A DNA stretch of 63,295 nt, counting the filler, from Choristocarpus tenellus KU-1152 (Eukaryota > Protista > Phaeophyceae): assembly GCA_964200185.2 (NCBI GenBank). It is 10 parts of 10 records of this genome, joined end to end, with 100 filler letters (N's around TTAATTAATTAA, not from the genome) between each part and the next. Parts side by side here need not be neighbours in the genome. Positions count along the whole stretch, not along the records: positions 60,774 to 63,295 come from CAXNAD020027095.1; 9 more parts are not named here. One strand, given 5' to 3'. The notes below the pieces were generated by a model. That model did not search any database. It was not told the origin of the DNA and saw only the letters and a program-made list of their open reading frames with translations. This document shows, piece after piece, positions 61,395 through 63,295 of the stretch. The translations under genes and the position numbers were made by a program. Numbering within the stretch: position 1 is the stretch's first letter; each line of letters starts with the position of its first letter.

Positions 61395-63179
61395 ATGAGG
61401 GCTAGTCCAGCATATCCGCAGACTGCACAACGTTCGTACGTAAAATGGATATTCTTTGCTGTTTGTGCCTTGTTCGGCTTGTACGTGCTGTCACCTGGAG
61501 CTGACGAGACAGGTCCACCCAAAGTTGCTGGCAACATCCGTGGTCCTCCGTCGTGAGTTCCAGTTGTTGGTTCGAAAGATCTTAAATGTGACTCTAGTGC
61601 CAACCCATGTGTGACAGAGATGGTTCTTGTGGAAGGTTAAGATATGAAGTGGCATCAGTTCTAATGTTGGCAGTCTATAGGTCATCGTGTTGGAGCAAGA
61701 ACAACACCGCAAACATCCACTAGGAAACTTTCAAATTTCCCTTACCGACTTTTCAAGGCTGGGAATAAGAGTAAAGGTTGTCTCTGGAGTAGATTTTATG
61801 GTGTATATGCTCTGTACCCGTGCATCTAACACGCGGCTGATATGATCTGTTGATGATCGCGTCCTTACTGAACAGAGTAAAGCTGAGCGAACTTCTGGCT
61901 GTAGGACTAGAGCTTACTGAGCAGGCCGCAGAGGTGAGCCCCCCCCAAAGTTGACCTTCCAATAACTGTGAAATAGAGCGCCGTTTCGTCGGCGTCCAAC
62001 GTTTCAATGAAATCGCTGTCCAAGCAACATACTGGATCCTTTAACTATAGAGTGGATGCCATTCACCCCCTCGAGTAACAATGCAATGAGCGTAATGTCT
62101 GAAATGGCACGTATCTTCTGCGGTGTGATAAGGTAGTCACTCATGACAAAGCAAGATAATCCCTGGCTGTAAGGGTGCTGATGAGAGGGAGTGCAGTGCC
62201 GTTCCTCTGCTCTTTCGTGCATTTTTCTATCTCCATATCATGGAAGTAAGCAGATGGACCGACTCTCCAGTCGATTGGGATGCTAGTGTTGGAACTGGTG
62301 GAATACTCGTGGCTTCTCTTTGACTTTTGCAGTGTTGGAATGAGATTACCCTCCTGTCAGGCGTTTGGAGTCGCGACGTCTAATACAACTCTATCATAGA
62401 ACATTTTGTTGGGACCATCTATCCTTACCCTTGCCCTAATTATTTTTGGGGATAGTAGGAGTGGTTGAAAACGTGCACAAAAGCAAGGGCTATCAATATG
62501 CTTTAGCCCTCTTCTGCAAAGTAAAATACCACTGTGTTACGTCCGAGCGATCACTAGCATGTGTCACGATCATGTAGATCCCACTTGATAAATGACCTTA
62601 CGACAACCAAGCACAGTGCATTGCTAGTTGAACTTGGACTGCATACTGATATCAACCCTTGTGGTTTGATAAGCCTGCTGGCAGTGTGAAAGCAATGTCC
62701 AACCCATGTTGATCAAAGAGCAAGCTCACTCTGACAACTATCACCTCGTCGTTCTCACTGGTGCGTTTTTGAAGAGCCCAATCAAAACAACTTCATTGTG
62801 TCACATTAGTCTTCGCCTTTGCTGCCAGTTCTTTCTTAGAGCTTAATTATTTATTTCACTGACACAAAAGTCAAATCGGCTCCCAAAGCCCACATTGGCG
62901 TCACCCTAACCTGATCGTACGAGTTGTGAGAGGGCTATGCTTCAATATACTTCATTGCACCAACTCTATCTTCACTGTGTAAGATTCAACTGTGTAAGAT
63001 TCTTCGAAGATGCTGTTTGCTGAGCCTCGCCTTGTGGTGGGTACAACAATGACCATTGTAATGTGCTGCAGGAGATCAAGGAGGTGAAGCATCAAAACTT
63101 AGAAGAAGTACATGTCAAGGGGCAGACCAAAGAAGGGGTTGATGAGCCGGTCACTAATGCTGATGCCCGATCGAACAAG
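61395..63179 (+). CDS. IMPAD1: IMPAD1/BPNT2 (gPAPP)-like Golgi PAP 3'-phosphatase, 5' exons 61395-61552, 61876-61933, 63072-63179; continues past the window
   Basis: MRASPAYPQTAQRSYVKWIFFAVCALFGLYVL (type II TM)...SVKLSELLAVGLELTEQAAE|EIKEVKHQNLEEVHVKGQTKEGVDEPVTNADARSNK, resembling the IMPAD1 KGKTxEG...T.(G/A)D..SN motif; phases consistent. Confidence 0.8.
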
Positions 63180-63295
63180 GTTTGTGTTTTTGAGGGATAA
63201 CCTTCCCAGCCCCCCCCCCAATAAAAATGTAGAACTGCTTCTAATGGGCTAAGGGATGTGTCCTACTTTTTCAATGTGACGAATCAAAGATTCAT

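Noticed and set aside
50761-63179. Metabolic cluster of serC, GT8, kinase and gPAPP
   Set aside because: Each lies on a different contig separated by artificial spacers.

Overview
Eukaryotic, intron-rich draft-genome sequence, most consistent with a brown alga (Phaeophyceae) or close stramenopile: spliceosomal introns of 0.2-2 kb, TTAGGG tracts, and an Ectocarpus-type RLE LINE fragment. The window is not one locus. It is ten pieces joined by an artificial 100-bp spacer (44 N + TTAATTAATTAA + 44 N), so adjacency across spacers is unproven. Splicing exons by hand gives one apparently complete gene, an ~521-aa C1+FYVE lipid-binding protein with two predicted GC-AG introns. It also gives partial genes for a Tul1/FLY1-like transmembrane E3 ligase, cytosolic glutamyl-tRNA synthetase, PP4R3/SMEK, an alphaproteobacterial/Methanosarcina-type SerC with an extra N-terminal region, a GT8 glycosyltransferase, a Golgi-type IMPAD1/gPAPP PAP phosphatase and a tail-anchored protein. 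Mobile DNA is abundant: four ~250-bp MITE families sharing G(A/G)G-NN-AAA termini (3-bp TSD supported by reading-frame restoration), a TA-flanked MITE, pogo/Tigger and DD39D mariner remnants, a Gypsy gag-protease remnant, an RLE LINE and decayed kinase-bearing regions. CpG is strongly depleted in introns and TE remnants but not at gene 5' ends. No prokaryotic operon, CRISPR array or rRNA is evident. All calls are by-eye motif recognition without database searches.
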